From contig JAHHQK010000002.1 of NCBI GenBank assembly GCA_020026435.1, forward strand, positions 55,518 to 119,517: a stretch of 64,000 nucleotides of DNA. The letters run 5' to 3'. This document shows, in pieces, positions 11,801-21,749 of this stretch. The position numbers and the translations under genes are program-made. The stretch is from Alistipes sp. GTDB lineage: Bacteria > Bacteroidota > Bacteroidia > Bacteroidales > Rikenellaceae. Below the pieces are notes generated by a model, which saw only the letters and a list, made by a program, of their open reading frames with translations, made no database searches and was not told the DNA's origin. The first letter of the stretch is position 1; each line of letters opens with the position of its first letter.

Positions 11801-11969
11801 AAGCCTGACCAAGAAATGGGGCCTGTCGACCATCCGGTTCTACGTACAGGGAGTCAACCTGCTTACGTTCAGCGATTTCGAACTGTGGGATCCCGAGGTC
11901 GACGCCAGCTTTGGCAACGTCTATCCTACGGTACGCACCGTAACGCTCGGTGTGAACGTCAATTTCTAA
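8823..11969 (+). CDS. SusC/RagA TonB-dependent transporter
   Basis: LKDATATAVYGVRGANGIVLITTK plug motif, GYNGSENF, PGDIKYRDINGDG, terminal Phe. Confidence 0.97.
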   Translation: MTKQKLFQVMLRSFVWIMGLIAVTELRANPEIEYSANDSGSVSAIQEPKGAFQLTGRVLDETKAGIPGATVVVKGSTRGVITGNDGSFTIEVAPTDVIEISYLGYETQSVPVGTKTGMVVELARKTSELEAVTVVAYGKQRKESIIGAINTIDTKELKMSTGQLSSGLAGKLAGMVVMQRTGEPGAGADFWIRGVNTFGANNRPLVLVDGIEREMDLVDVDDIATFSILKDATATAVYGVRGANGIVLITTKRGAESTPKINVKAEFGMTQPVKIPEMANTRQWLDYFDELYRDAGAESPISPEAREKYLNGSDPDFYPSVDWTKTIFKDLAMTGRINVSATGGGKSVRYYIGGSYYTEGGIFNMADNSRYDAQMNFNKFNFRSNVDINITKSTELGLSISTQYTMKNTPGTSLNDLYNYTLYVTPIATPTVYSDGTLASPPESGSYNPYNMLNHTGYNRTNRIVAQSLMSLTQDFSDIITPGLKANVKFSWDADNSTVLNRNLVRSTYAALDRDENGKINYQAVNEGTNYMTLNRSNAGWTTINFEASVNYERIFADNHRVGAMFLYSLRSRSNNVPGNYILAYPYRNMGIAGRFTYAFRDKYFAEFNFGYNGSENFAPGKRYGFFPAYAVGYMISNEKFWEPLRDKINILKIRASYGKIGNDQIGGNRRFAYNTTMNTYAPGFNFGKNWNDPSDTGGHPNNGITTGDYGNPNVSWEEATKADAGIELGLFHKLKIQADYFYEEREGIFIQRESTPSIVGTKVAQYVNLGRMKNQGFDVSLEFDHHFNKDLYLSLRGNFTYNRNKKLYDDKPDQIWKYQNQAGFAFNQQFGLIAEGLFESEEDIANWPKQDFGNVRPGDIKYRDINGDGLVNTYDKVAIGYTTVPEINYGFGFSLGWKGFDLSAFFAGVGHVTRLISGQCLFGASSNIMRMGQIYADIAEKRWTLENQNPHAPYPRLSLNKVENNQQPSTYWQHDMSFLRLKNAEIGYTLPRSLTKKWGLSTIRFYVQGVNLLTFSDFELWDPEVDASFGNVYPTVRTVTLGVNVNF

Positions 11970-11988
11970 ACAAAATACCGAAAACAAC

Positions 11989-13923
11989 ATGAAATCAATA
12001 AGGAACATATTAGCTGCGGCGATCCTGATGGCATCCTTCACGCTGAGCTCCTGCGACTCCTATTTCGATGTTGAGCTCGACGACCAGGCGAACATCGACG
12101 AAATCTTCAGCGAGAGCAAGACAACCAAGAAATACCTTTCGCACCTCTACTCCTACATCCCGATGGAAGAGGAGATCGTCGGCAGCCACGGCTGGGTCGT
12201 ACCGCGTTCGGACGAAGGCCAATATTCGTTCTACCAGTGGGTCTACTACCTGCTCTACAAAACGGGGAATTACAGCAGTGCCACGCCGGTGGATGCACAG
12301 TACTTCAACTACTGGCCCGAGTTCTATGTCGCCATCAACCAGTGCTCGATCTTCATGGCCAACGTGGACAAGAACAAGGAGGACAACGAGAAGACAATCG
12401 CCTGCATGAAGGCCGAGGCCCGTTTCCTGCGTGCCTACTACTACTTCTGTCTCTTCCGCCAGTATGGCCCCGTCTTCATCTGGGGCGACCAGGTCGCCGA
12501 CGAGAACATCAAGGCTTCGACCATCGACCGCCACACCGTCGATCAGAACATCCAGTTCATCAGCGAGGAGCTGAAGAAAGCCGCCGAAGTCCTCCCCGCG
12601 GACATCAAGGACGTGGGTGAGTCGGAAGACCGCTGGATGGGCCGCGTCACCAAAGGTGCCGCCCTGGCCCTCCGCTCGCGCGTGCTGCTCTATGCCGCCT
12701 CGCCGCTCTACAACGGCTGCGACCTCTACATCGGCAAGATGCAGAACATCCGCGGCGAATTCCTCTTCCCGCAGAGCAAGGACGAGAACAAGTGGCAGCT
12801 CGCCGCCGACGCCGCCAAAGAGGTGATCGACATGAACAAATACAGACTCTGCAAGAGCTCCTCAACGGGAGACAAATTCAAGGATGCAGCCGCTTCGTAC
12901 CAGAAGGTGATGTTCGAACCCTGGAACGAAGAGACGATCTGGGGCTGGTGGTTCCGCACCTCCAACGCCTATGCCTACATGGGCACCGTCGGCGGACAAC
13001 TCGGCCCGGGGCTCCCACCCAACTTCGGATTCCTCTACGGATTCGGCGGTATCGCCCCCTCGCTCAAGCTGATCGACAGCTACCCCATGTGGGAGAGTGG
13101 CCGCTACCCGGTCAAAGGCTACAAAGGCAAGAACAACCTCTCGACGCCCGACGTGGACGCATTGTCGGGCTACAAGGCCTCCGGCTTCACCGACAACTAC
13201 AAACAACCCGTCGATGCAGACTGGGCCGCCCCCTTCAAGGCCCACAACAGCTGCGTCGGCCGCGATCCCCGCTTCTACGTCTCGGTCGTGCCCAACGGAT
13301 TCTGGTGGCCCTACAAGTCGTGGAGCAAGAAATTCACCTGCTACAACAACAAAGAGTGCACCTCGAAATGGGACGCCGCGCAGAGCTGCATCCGCTCGGG
13401 GTATGCATGGCGCCGCCTCTACAAGGCTGACACGCGTCTGGAGAGCCAGGAGGAGTACAAGGCCATCCGCTACGTCTTCCCCGCCTTCCGCATGGCCGAA
13501 ATCTACCTCAACTACGCCGAAGCCTGCAACGAGAAGCCGCAACGCGACGAAGCGGCCGCTCTGATGGCGCTGAACGAAGTGCGCAACCGCGCAGGGCTGA
13601 ATAATATCGAAGTGGCCTATCCCGAAATCAAAGGCAACAAGGAGCTGCTCCGCTGGTGTATCCAGAAAGAGCGCATGGTGGAATTCGCCTTCGAGGCGCA
13701 GCGCCACTACGACGCCTGCCGCTGGATGGTTGCCAAAGACGAATATCCGGGCGACAACTGGACACTGAACCTCAGCGCCACGACCTACGAGGAGTCCTAC
13801 AACCGCACCAACAAGGATTTCATCGGATCGTCCAACGTCTTCCGCGACAAGGACTACCTCTTCCCCATCAGCTCGCTCCAGATGGCTGAAATGACCAACA
13901 TAACCCAAAATTACGGACATTAA
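11989..13923 (+). CDS. SusD/RagB lipoprotein
   Basis: Lipobox LSSC, EARFLRAYYYF, RMAEIYLNYAEA, ERMVEFAFE, terminal QNYG. Confidence 0.95.
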   Translation: MKSIRNILAAAILMASFTLSSCDSYFDVELDDQANIDEIFSESKTTKKYLSHLYSYIPMEEEIVGSHGWVVPRSDEGQYSFYQWVYYLLYKTGNYSSATPVDAQYFNYWPEFYVAINQCSIFMANVDKNKEDNEKTIACMKAEARFLRAYYYFCLFRQYGPVFIWGDQVADENIKASTIDRHTVDQNIQFISEELKKAAEVLPADIKDVGESEDRWMGRVTKGAALALRSRVLLYAASPLYNGCDLYIGKMQNIRGEFLFPQSKDENKWQLAADAAKEVIDMNKYRLCKSSSTGDKFKDAAASYQKVMFEPWNEETIWGWWFRTSNAYAYMGTVGGQLGPGLPPNFGFLYGFGGIAPSLKLIDSYPMWESGRYPVKGYKGKNNLSTPDVDALSGYKASGFTDNYKQPVDADWAAPFKAHNSCVGRDPRFYVSVVPNGFWWPYKSWSKKFTCYNNKECTSKWDAAQSCIRSGYAWRRLYKADTRLESQEEYKAIRYVFPAFRMAEIYLNYAEACNEKPQRDEAAALMALNEVRNRAGLNNIEVAYPEIKGNKELLRWCIQKERMVEFAFEAQRHYDACRWMVAKDEYPGDNWTLNLSATTYEESYNRTNKDFIGSSNVFRDKDYLFPISSLQMAEMTNITQNYGH

Positions 13924-13938
13924 AACAGGCTCGAACCT

Positions 13939-15330
13939 ATGAAAATCAATATGTATAAAGCGTTGCTTGCTGGTCTGATTGCCGCAACAACCCTGGCCGG
14001 CTGCGAGGACGAGCGCAACAACTTCATGGTAGACGATACGCTTTCGTTCGTCAATGCGACGCAATATGCCGATGTATCGGTCTACAACGAGCACTACGCT
14101 CTGGCCGTTCTGAAGAACGGCAAGGGGTTGCAAGAAGCCAAAGCCTGTGTCGAAGTATCCCCCGCAGCCATGGAGGAGTACAACAAGGCGCACCAGACTC
14201 AATTCGTACAGCTCCCCGAGGAGTGCTACACGATTGCCAATCCCCAGGTCGGATTCCCGGAAGGAGCCGTCCGCAAATTCGTCGAGATCACCTGGAAGAC
14301 TGCGGAAGTGATCAAACTCGACGCAACGAAGGACTACGTCATCCCGCTGCAGCTCAGCGCGGCCAACAACGCCCTGAAAGTGGATGAGAACCGCGATGTG
14401 ATGCTCATCAACCTCAAGCGTGCAACGCTGAACATGGAGAAGGAGACGGCAGCCTTCTATCCCTCGGCCGACCGCTCGTCCGCTCCGTTCGAAGGCAGCA
14501 TCGCCATCAACAGCGCATTGGCCGACATGGATGTAACCGTCAGCTACGAGATCGACAACAAGCTGATCGAAGCCTACAACAAGGCCCACGCGACGTCGTT
14601 CACGGCCGCACCCGAAGGATTTGCCACACTCGACGCCAGGGAGTCGCAGCTCCCCGCCGGCAAACTGTCGACCAAATTCTCGGGCAAGATCAACTCCGCC
14701 GCCCTCTTCTCGGGCAACACGCTCCAGACGCAGGGTGCATATCTGATTCCGATCCGCATCACAGGCTCCTCGCTCGAAGGGGTGACCATCGAAAAGAACA
14801 TCATGTACATCACCATCACGATGGACAAGGTGCTCAAGGGCCCGTGGACGGTGCTGGAGGGGCAGAAGAACTGCTTCGCCGAGGACCCCAACGCGCCCGC
14901 ATGGGCAAAGAAATACACCTCGGACAAGCTCTTCGACGGCGAATTCGACGACAACCACTGCTGGATCTCGTCGTGGGACAACGGACCGATCAAGTTCCCG
15001 ATGGACTTTGTCGTGGACATGGGCAAGACGCAGGTCTTCACCAAGTTCTACATCAGCGACTACACCACCCATCAGGGCAACCTGCGCGATTACAAGATCT
15101 ACACGGCCGAGGAGTACAAAGGTGCCGACACGAAGTGGAATCTGGTTGCCAGCGGCATGCGCGACTACGCATGGGCCGCACAACCGGCTCCCTACGCATA
15201 TCCGGTACAGAAATACATTGCCGGCCGCTACCTCAAGTTCAGCATCATAAAGCCCGAAAACCCCATCGACTCGAAGGACTACCTCAACGGACGCGGCAAG
15301 CTGGCCGATGTCCAGGGTGTGGGCTTCTGA
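13939..15330 (+). CDS. Surface glycan-binding lipoprotein (DUF1735/BT_3987-like domains plus discoidin/F5-8)
   Basis: Lipobox LAGC; two YN..H.T.F..(L/A)PE...Y(V/L)IP(L/I) repeats; C-terminal LFDG...VVDMG...GRYLKF. Confidence 0.75.
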   Translation: MKINMYKALLAGLIAATTLAGCEDERNNFMVDDTLSFVNATQYADVSVYNEHYALAVLKNGKGLQEAKACVEVSPAAMEEYNKAHQTQFVQLPEECYTIANPQVGFPEGAVRKFVEITWKTAEVIKLDATKDYVIPLQLSAANNALKVDENRDVMLINLKRATLNMEKETAAFYPSADRSSAPFEGSIAINSALADMDVTVSYEIDNKLIEAYNKAHATSFTAAPEGFATLDARESQLPAGKLSTKFSGKINSAALFSGNTLQTQGAYLIPIRITGSSLEGVTIEKNIMYITITMDKVLKGPWTVLEGQKNCFAEDPNAPAWAKKYTSDKLFDGEFDDNHCWISSWDNGPIKFPMDFVVDMGKTQVFTKFYISDYTTHQGNLRDYKIYTAEEYKGADTKWNLVASGMRDYAWAAQPAPYAYPVQKYIAGRYLKFSIIKPENPIDSKDYLNGRGKLADVQGVGF

Positions 15331-15339
15331 CAAGCCGTA

Positions 15340-15396
15340 TCGAATGATTAATCCCGTTGTGACCAGCCTCTTCTTCTCACAACGGGATTCATTCGA
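15340..15396. other. Long intergenic hairpin
   Basis: TCGAATGA..ATCCCGTTGTGA pairs with TCACAACGGGAT-TCATTCGA; no clear U-tract. Confidence 0.55.
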
Positions 15397-15518
15397 CACG
15401 CCGTCCACACAAGCATCACCGCCATGCGCAACCGACACGCCGCACCTCCGGCCGCCAGGAAACACGGCGGATACCCGACAAGAAAAGAGTCCGGCAAAAC
15501 CCCAAACGAACAACAAGC

Positions 15519-17024
15519 ATGATACGATCCATCCACCGATACCTGCTGTCTGCACTTCTTGTGCTCTTTGCGTCGGGAGGCTGCACAGAGGCGGGTTCCG
15601 ACAACGACTCGGGACAACCCTCCCTGCACCTGCGGCTCAAGAGGATCGACGCCCGATCGGTGACCCTACAGGCGACAAGCCGCCGTGCCACGCAGATCCG
15701 CTACATCTGCAAGACCACCGGGGTGATCTCCTCCGAAAGTGCCCAAAGCGTCATGGAGCACGGCGAAATGCTGCCTGCCGATCCCGAGCTGGTCATCGAG
15801 GGGCTCGAAGCCGAAACCTTCTACACGCTCTTTGCCGTGGCATGCGATCAGGCGGGACGCTGCAGCACATTGCAGCACATCCAGTTCACGACGGGAGAGC
15901 CGGCATCCTCGATGTATCCCTGGGAGTCGGAGCGCGACGGACTGCCGACCTTTACGAATCTGGTCCTCTGCTACGGCGGCAGCCACCACCGCATCCCCTT
16001 CCGGTGGGACAAGGAGCGCTTCGCACCGATGGTCAGCTACACCGACCCCGACGGCAAGGAACAGTGGCTCTTCGACGCCTTTCTCTTCATCGAATTTCAG
16101 GACACGCCCGGCAGCGACAATCGGAACTATGCCTACATGACAGGGCTGCTGCGGGAGAACGGCTTCTCGGCCGGCAAGCGGCAGTGGCAGGAGCTGATCG
16201 ACTACTGGTTTCAGGGCAGCAGCGGATTCGAGGCACTGGATCGGGCCATCGCCGAGGCGGCGCAACGGCTGGGGACTCCTCCCTCGAAGCGCAAGGTCGT
16301 GATGACGCTGCCCGACCCGATTCTCCACCGGGTCTTCGACAAGAAGGGCAACGGAAGCGGCGATCCGGCATCGACCGTCTACTGGGGCGAGCTGGAGGGC
16401 CGGACACTGGATTTCAGCAATAGCGAACACCGCGTCGCCGCCTGCAAATGGTATATCAACGAAGTGCGCCGCCGCTTCGACCAGGGCAAGTTCCGCAACA
16501 TCGAATTGGCGGGGTTCTACATCCTCAGCGAGGAGATCGCCACTCCGGACGAGGGTTGGGACTACGAGCTGAAGCAGACCGACAAGGTGATCCCCCATGT
16601 GGCCGCATACCTCCATTCGCTCAACGAATCGCTCAGCTGGATCCCCTACAACCGGGCTGCCGGCTACACCAAATGGAAAGAGATGGGCGTGGACTATGCC
16701 TACATGCAGCCCAACTACTTCTGGAAACCGGAGTTGTCCCTGGAGCGTTTCTTCGCCGACATCCGGCAGCATGGTCTGAACATGGAATTCGAATTGGACG
16801 AAAACGTCTTCAACGGCAAAGCCGACTGCGAAGCCTACCGCAAACGGTTCCGCCAATACCTCTCAGAAGCCAGAAAGCAGGGCATCTACGGATCCCGCCC
16901 GTTGAGCTACTACCAGGGCACCAACGCCTTCTACGACCTGTCGCGGTCACAATCGCCCGAAGAGCAGGCTCTATACCATGAATTCTGCCAATTTGTCATC
17001 AACAACCCCATGCGTAAAAACTAA
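15519..17024 (+). CDS. DUF4855-like lipoprotein with N-terminal FN3-like domain
   Basis: SGGC lipobox; LVLCYGGSHHR, WLFDAFLF, LAGFY, WIPY, YMQPNY and MEFE motifs. Confidence 0.75.
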   Translation: MIRSIHRYLLSALLVLFASGGCTEAGSDNDSGQPSLHLRLKRIDARSVTLQATSRRATQIRYICKTTGVISSESAQSVMEHGEMLPADPELVIEGLEAETFYTLFAVACDQAGRCSTLQHIQFTTGEPASSMYPWESERDGLPTFTNLVLCYGGSHHRIPFRWDKERFAPMVSYTDPDGKEQWLFDAFLFIEFQDTPGSDNRNYAYMTGLLRENGFSAGKRQWQELIDYWFQGSSGFEALDRAIAEAAQRLGTPPSKRKVVMTLPDPILHRVFDKKGNGSGDPASTVYWGELEGRTLDFSNSEHRVAACKWYINEVRRRFDQGKFRNIELAGFYILSEEIATPDEGWDYELKQTDKVIPHVAAYLHSLNESLSWIPYNRAAGYTKWKEMGVDYAYMQPNYFWKPELSLERFFADIRQHGLNMEFELDENVFNGKADCEAYRKRFRQYLSEARKQGIYGSRPLSYYQGTNAFYDLSRSQSPEEQALYHEFCQFVINNPMRKN

Positions 17025-17028
17025 AACC

Positions 17029-18261
17029 ATGAGAAACCTCAACCTACTGGCAGGCTGCCTCCTGTTTGCGGGGCTGACGGCGGGAATCCTCCCCGGACAG
17101 GCTGCCGACAAACGGCAAAACAAGCCTCCCAAGGGAGAACCCGCAATGTACCGTTGGGAGAAGAACCGCAAGGAACGCCCCTCCTACACCGACATGGTGC
17201 TCTGCTACGGCGGCAGCCACCACCGCAATCCCTTTCTGTGGGAGAAGGAGCGGCTGATCCCCTATGTCAGCTATGTGAATCCCAACGGCAAGGAGGAGTG
17301 GCTTTTCGACAGCTTCCTCTTTCTCGAATCCCAGGATGTGAACCGTCCCGACAAGGGGGCCTACTCCTTCATGACCGGCGTTCTGCGCGGCACGGGCGTT
17401 TCGGCCGGCAAGGAGCAATGGCAGGAACTGATCGACTACTACTTCCAGAAAGGAAACTGCGTCGATGCGCTGGAAGAGGCCGTCGGGGAGGCTTCCAAAC
17501 GGATGGGCAAGCCGATCGGGAAGCGCAAGGTGATCCTCATGATGCCCGACCCCATCATCTACTACCGCTACGACATCACCACCGAATCGACCACCTATTG
17601 GGGAACTCTCGACGGCCGCACACTCGACTTCTCCAAAGGCGAGGACCGGCTGGCCGCCTGCAAGTGGTACATCGACCAGATCCGCCACCGCTTCGACCAG
17701 GGCAACTTCCGCCATGTGGAGTTGGCCGGCTTCTACCTGATCTCCGAGGAGATCGTGACCCCCGGCGACGGATGGTGCCACGAGCTCAAGCGCTCGGAGG
17801 AGACCGTTCCCGCCGTAGCCCAATACCTGCACTCGATCAACAGCAGTTTCTGCTGGATCCCCTATAACCGGGCCGCCGGCTATACCAAATGGAAAGAGCT
17901 GGGTGTGGACTATGCCTACATGCAGCCCAACTACTATTGGGACAACAAGGGCATCCGCCCCTTATCCCGATACTTCGAGGATATCCTCAGCCAGGATCTG
18001 GGCATGGAGTTCGAATTCGAGGAGAGCCTGCTCGAAGGGGCCGGGCACTGCGAGATCTACCGCCAGCGCTTCATCGAATACATGGAGGGCGCCGTAGAAC
18101 ACGGCATCTACGGCACCCGGCCCCTGAGCTACTACCAGGGCAACAACGGGCTCTACAAACTGGCCCACTCGACCCACCCCAAGGATCGCGAGCTCTACCA
18201 CCGCTTCTGCCGCTTCGTCATCGACAACCCGTTACGCAACAAACAGCAACAAACCGAATAA
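17029..18261 (+). CDS. DUF4855-like protein (paralogue 2)
   Basis: Signal peptide from ATG 17029; same motif set as the upstream gene. Confidence 0.75.
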   Translation: MRNLNLLAGCLLFAGLTAGILPGQAADKRQNKPPKGEPAMYRWEKNRKERPSYTDMVLCYGGSHHRNPFLWEKERLIPYVSYVNPNGKEEWLFDSFLFLESQDVNRPDKGAYSFMTGVLRGTGVSAGKEQWQELIDYYFQKGNCVDALEEAVGEASKRMGKPIGKRKVILMMPDPIIYYRYDITTESTTYWGTLDGRTLDFSKGEDRLAACKWYIDQIRHRFDQGNFRHVELAGFYLISEEIVTPGDGWCHELKRSEETVPAVAQYLHSINSSFCWIPYNRAAGYTKWKELGVDYAYMQPNYYWDNKGIRPLSRYFEDILSQDLGMEFEFEESLLEGAGHCEIYRQRFIEYMEGAVEHGIYGTRPLSYYQGNNGLYKLAHSTHPKDRELYHRFCRFVIDNPLRNKQQQTE

Positions 18262-18265
18262 AGAG

Positions 18266-20038
18266 ATGAAAAAACGCAACCTTCTTGCATGCGGAATGCT
18301 CCTTGCCGCATGCGCCTTCTTCCGATCGCCGGCCGTGGCCCAGGAGTATAACACGACAGGCATTCAGGATCTGGTGCTGATTTATCAGGGCGGATCACAC
18401 CGTCTGGACTGGACGGTCGACCAGTTCCGGCCCCACGTCGTGCACCAGTTTGCAGACGGATCGCGCGACTGGCTCTTCGACGGATTCCTCTTCCTGGAAT
18501 TCAAGAACGGCTCGGGACGCCACTACACGATCGGCTACGAGAAAAACAACGCCCGCAAAGAAGAGTGGGCGTGGCTCATCGACCGCATCTTCGAAGAGGG
18601 CAAGTCCCTCGCGGCTCTGGACCAGTGCATCACCCAAGAGATCCGGAATCTCGGCAAGCCGGCCTTCAAGCACCAGGTGGTACTGGGTCTTCCCGAAGCC
18701 ATCCGCGGCCAGAAAGACTGGGGCGAGCTGGACGGCAGGACGATGGACTTCTCCGAGCGGGAGGACCAGATTGCCGCCACCAAGTGGTACATCGACGAAT
18801 TGACCCGCCGCTTCAAGGCCGCTAAGTACCGGCACATCGAGCTTTCGGGCTTCTACTGGGTCGCCGAGCACACCAAACACTGCGCCGATCTGACGATTCC
18901 GCTGAGCGAGTACATCCATTCGATCAACAAGCTTTTCTACTGGATTCCCTACTGGGGTGCCGTAGGGCATCAGGACTGGAAACGTCTGGGCTTCGACATC
19001 GCCTACCAGCAGCCCAACCACTTCTTCAACCACTCGATTCCCGACAGCCGTCTCGACGCCGCCTGCGCCGAAGCCCGCCGCCACGGCATGGCCATGGAGT
19101 TCGAATTCGACGAAAAGGCCACCGTCGCCCACCCGAAAAGCTCGCACGAGCGCATGGTCGCCTACATCAACCACTTCGAGAAGAACGACGTCTTCAACTC
19201 GTCGGCCGTCGCCTACTACTGCGGCAACCGCGGCGTGCTGACGCTCAACGACTCGAAGGAACCCAAGGACAAGGCCGTGATGGACCGTCTGGCCCGTCTG
19301 ATCCAGATGCGCCACTACAAAAAATACGGTCTCCCAATGAAAAACAGGACGCGGGTCATCGCCCACCGCGGATTCTGGCACACGGAGGGTTCGGCCCAGA
19401 ACTCGATCGCCTCGCTGGTGAAGGCCGACAAGCTGGGGGTCTATGGCGTTGAATTCGACGTATGGATGGCCTCGGACAATGTGCCTGTGCTGAATCACGA
19501 CGGCAAAATCCAGGGCCATGTCGTAACGCAGACCCCGTCAACCACGCTGACCCAACTCAAACTCGAGAACGGCGAGCCGCTCCCGACCCTTGCCCAGTAT
19601 CTGGATGCAGCTCTCGGCACCAAGGTGGAGCTGATCCTCGAGCTGAAGCCCCACGCCACGCCCGAAGCCGATGCCAGGGCCGCCGCGGCCGCAGTCAAGG
19701 AGGTCGACGCGCGCAAACTCACCAGGCGCACCACCTACATCACCTTCTCGCGCCACGCCATGCTGGAGCTGATCCGCCTATCGCCCAAAACACCCGTACT
19801 CTATCTGGGCAACGACATATCGCCCGAAGAACTCAAGGCTCTGGGTGCTGCCGGCGGCGACTACAACCATGGGGTCTACCTCCGGAATCCCCAATGGCTG
19901 CAGGATATGAAACGGCACAAGATGATTTCCAACGTCTGGACCGTCAACCATCCGGTAGACATGATTTGGGCCATCCGCCAACAGATCGACTTCATAACGA
20001 CGGATCATCCCGACCTCTTCCTGGAGCTGACCAAATAA
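18266..20038 (+). CDS. DUF4855-like domain fused to glycerophosphodiester phosphodiesterase (GDPD)
   Basis: N-part LVLIYQGG, WLFDGFLF, YQQPN, MEFE; C-part IAHRG, QNS, EFDV, NHD, ELK, WTVN, ITTDHP. Confidence 0.85.
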   Translation: MKKRNLLACGMLLAACAFFRSPAVAQEYNTTGIQDLVLIYQGGSHRLDWTVDQFRPHVVHQFADGSRDWLFDGFLFLEFKNGSGRHYTIGYEKNNARKEEWAWLIDRIFEEGKSLAALDQCITQEIRNLGKPAFKHQVVLGLPEAIRGQKDWGELDGRTMDFSEREDQIAATKWYIDELTRRFKAAKYRHIELSGFYWVAEHTKHCADLTIPLSEYIHSINKLFYWIPYWGAVGHQDWKRLGFDIAYQQPNHFFNHSIPDSRLDAACAEARRHGMAMEFEFDEKATVAHPKSSHERMVAYINHFEKNDVFNSSAVAYYCGNRGVLTLNDSKEPKDKAVMDRLARLIQMRHYKKYGLPMKNRTRVIAHRGFWHTEGSAQNSIASLVKADKLGVYGVEFDVWMASDNVPVLNHDGKIQGHVVTQTPSTTLTQLKLENGEPLPTLAQYLDAALGTKVELILELKPHATPEADARAAAAAVKEVDARKLTRRTTYITFSRHAMLELIRLSPKTPVLYLGNDISPEELKALGAAGGDYNHGVYLRNPQWLQDMKRHKMISNVWTVNHPVDMIWAIRQQIDFITTDHPDLFLELTK

Positions 20039-20065
20039 CGGTCGGCCCCGGCCCGAACACCAAAC

Positions 20066-20104
20066 AAGCGATATATCCGATTCAGAGCGGATATATCGCT
20101 TTCC
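20066..20104 (+). terminator. Hairpin, probable terminator
   Basis: AAGCGATATATCCG-8nt-CGGATATATCGCTT with a short T run. Confidence 0.6.
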
Positions 20105-20118
20105 CGTCAGATGCAACC

Positions 20119-21360
20119 ATGAAAAAACTCCGATTCATCATCATAGCCCTTCTGCTGTACGGTCCCTGCGACGCCCCGGCCCGCCAAACGCGCATCCCTG
20201 GGAAAGAGGCGGCAAAACAGCCGTCCGCAGAGCAGACGATCAGCGACAGGATGTTCGTCAAGCTGCAGGGCGAGGATCTCTACATCACGGCCAAACTCGA
20301 CCCGCAGAACGACATCATCTACCTGTTCAGGAGGTGCATGTTCAACCGGCTCTACACCTTCTACCGGGTGAGCAGCATCCCAAACAGCGACCCCGAGCCG
20401 ACGACCAACCCCGAAACCGCCCCTCAGCTGCTCCTCAACCGGGCATACAGCGACAACATCGGTCCGTTCAACATTGCCGGGCACGGATGGTGCGGAGCCA
20501 ACCACAAATACCTCGAACGCACGGCCCCGACGGCCTGCAACGAGGGATTTACGATCCGCGTCGACAACCGGGAACTCAGGGGCGACACCCGGATGTGGGC
20601 CCGAAGCGTCATCGTGACATCGGAGAACACGATTCTGGACCCTACGCGTCCCGGCACCGACCCGGCAGGGCGGGAGGAACTCCGCGACAAATTGTGTCAC
20701 GAAACGGCAACCTACCACATCTTCCGCAACAGCATCGAGGTGCAGGTCTCCCACCGGTTCTGCAACCCCACGCCGGTATGCGTGGCGATCTACTACGGCA
20801 TGCAGTCGATGTTCGAGGGCGAAAAGCAGGTGCTCACCGTCGACGGAGCCTGTGCCGACTGGACCGACACCGGGCAGGTGACGCATTTCACCAAACAGGA
20901 ATATCCGCACTTCCGCCGCTACATCGAACGCAGCGGCCACAGCTACCAATCCACCTACCTGCTCCCCGAGGGGCTGGGCGACCACGCACAGATCGACGAA
21001 GACGACTACCTCTTCGTCTACGCCTCCTACGGCAAAAGCTATCACAAACTGATCGGCAACAAGGAGCGTGTCGATGGCGACACGACCCGCTGGCGAGGTC
21101 TCTACACCTGGTTTGCAGAGGCGCTGACCGATGATGCGACCCTGCTCTGCTACGACGGTTGGCTGCGGGACGGGCACCTGCTCTTCATCGCCTGCAAGGG
21201 AGCCTGCGAGCGTTCGGTCGAATTTCCCCCATACATCGACCTGAACCACTTCGAGACGGTCGAATCCTCGGCCGGCATACAGGTCGTACAAGCGGCGAAA
21301 CACGCCCTGAAGATCCGCGCCACACAGGCGGGCGGCTGCATCCTCCGCCTGAAGCGTTAG
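20119..21360 (+). CDS. Hypothetical secreted protein
   Basis: MKKLRFIIIALLL signal peptide at ATG 20119; host-like codon usage. Confidence 0.7.
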   Translation: MKKLRFIIIALLLYGPCDAPARQTRIPGKEAAKQPSAEQTISDRMFVKLQGEDLYITAKLDPQNDIIYLFRRCMFNRLYTFYRVSSIPNSDPEPTTNPETAPQLLLNRAYSDNIGPFNIAGHGWCGANHKYLERTAPTACNEGFTIRVDNRELRGDTRMWARSVIVTSENTILDPTRPGTDPAGREELRDKLCHETATYHIFRNSIEVQVSHRFCNPTPVCVAIYYGMQSMFEGEKQVLTVDGACADWTDTGQVTHFTKQEYPHFRRYIERSGHSYQSTYLLPEGLGDHAQIDEDDYLFVYASYGKSYHKLIGNKERVDGDTTRWRGLYTWFAEALTDDATLLCYDGWLRDGHLLFIACKGACERSVEFPPYIDLNHFETVESSAGIQVVQAAKHALKIRATQAGGCILRLKR

Positions 21361-21450
21361 TCGCAAGGCGCATGCGGGGCGGACAGCTGTATCCTCCGAA
21401 CCGGGAGAAACCCTTCGCCAACAGCCCGAGAAGCGCCGCTACACGCCGCA

Positions 21451-21604
21451 AACAGCCCGGGGAACAGCCCGAGGAATGACCCGAGGAATGGCCCCGAGGA
21501 ATGGCCCCGAGGGAGGAACAGCCCAAGGGAGGAACAGCCCGGAACGACCCGAGGAACGACCCGGGTGCAAAGCCCGAGGAGAAACTCCGGCCCCCCGAGG
21601 AACG
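21451..21604. repeat. Degenerate tandem repeat, 10-15 bp units with core CCCGAGGAA, about 10 copies
   Basis: AACAGCCCGGGG/AACAGCCCGAGG/AATGACCCGAGG/AATGGCCCCGAGG/AATGGCCCCGAGGGAGG/... Confidence 0.8.
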
Positions 21605-21615
21605 CACCATAGCGC

Positions 21616-21654
21616 AAAACACCCGAAGAGACGCTCTGTCTCTTCGGGTGTTTT
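21616..21654. terminator. Bidirectional terminator between the convergent halves of the PUL
   Basis: AAAACACCCGAAGAGAC-GCTCT-GTCTCTTCGGGTGTTTT. Confidence 0.85.
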
Positions 21655-21749
21655 CAGTGTGACGACAGGGTCTCCGTCCGCCCGGGTCAACTTGCGGCCC
21701 GGCTTATGCTCCGGCCTGCAGATAGTGCGGCCCGGTCTACAGGCCCACC

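Noticed and set aside
21451..21604. Possible CRISPR array
   Set aside because: Units are too short and degenerate, with no spacers and no cas genes
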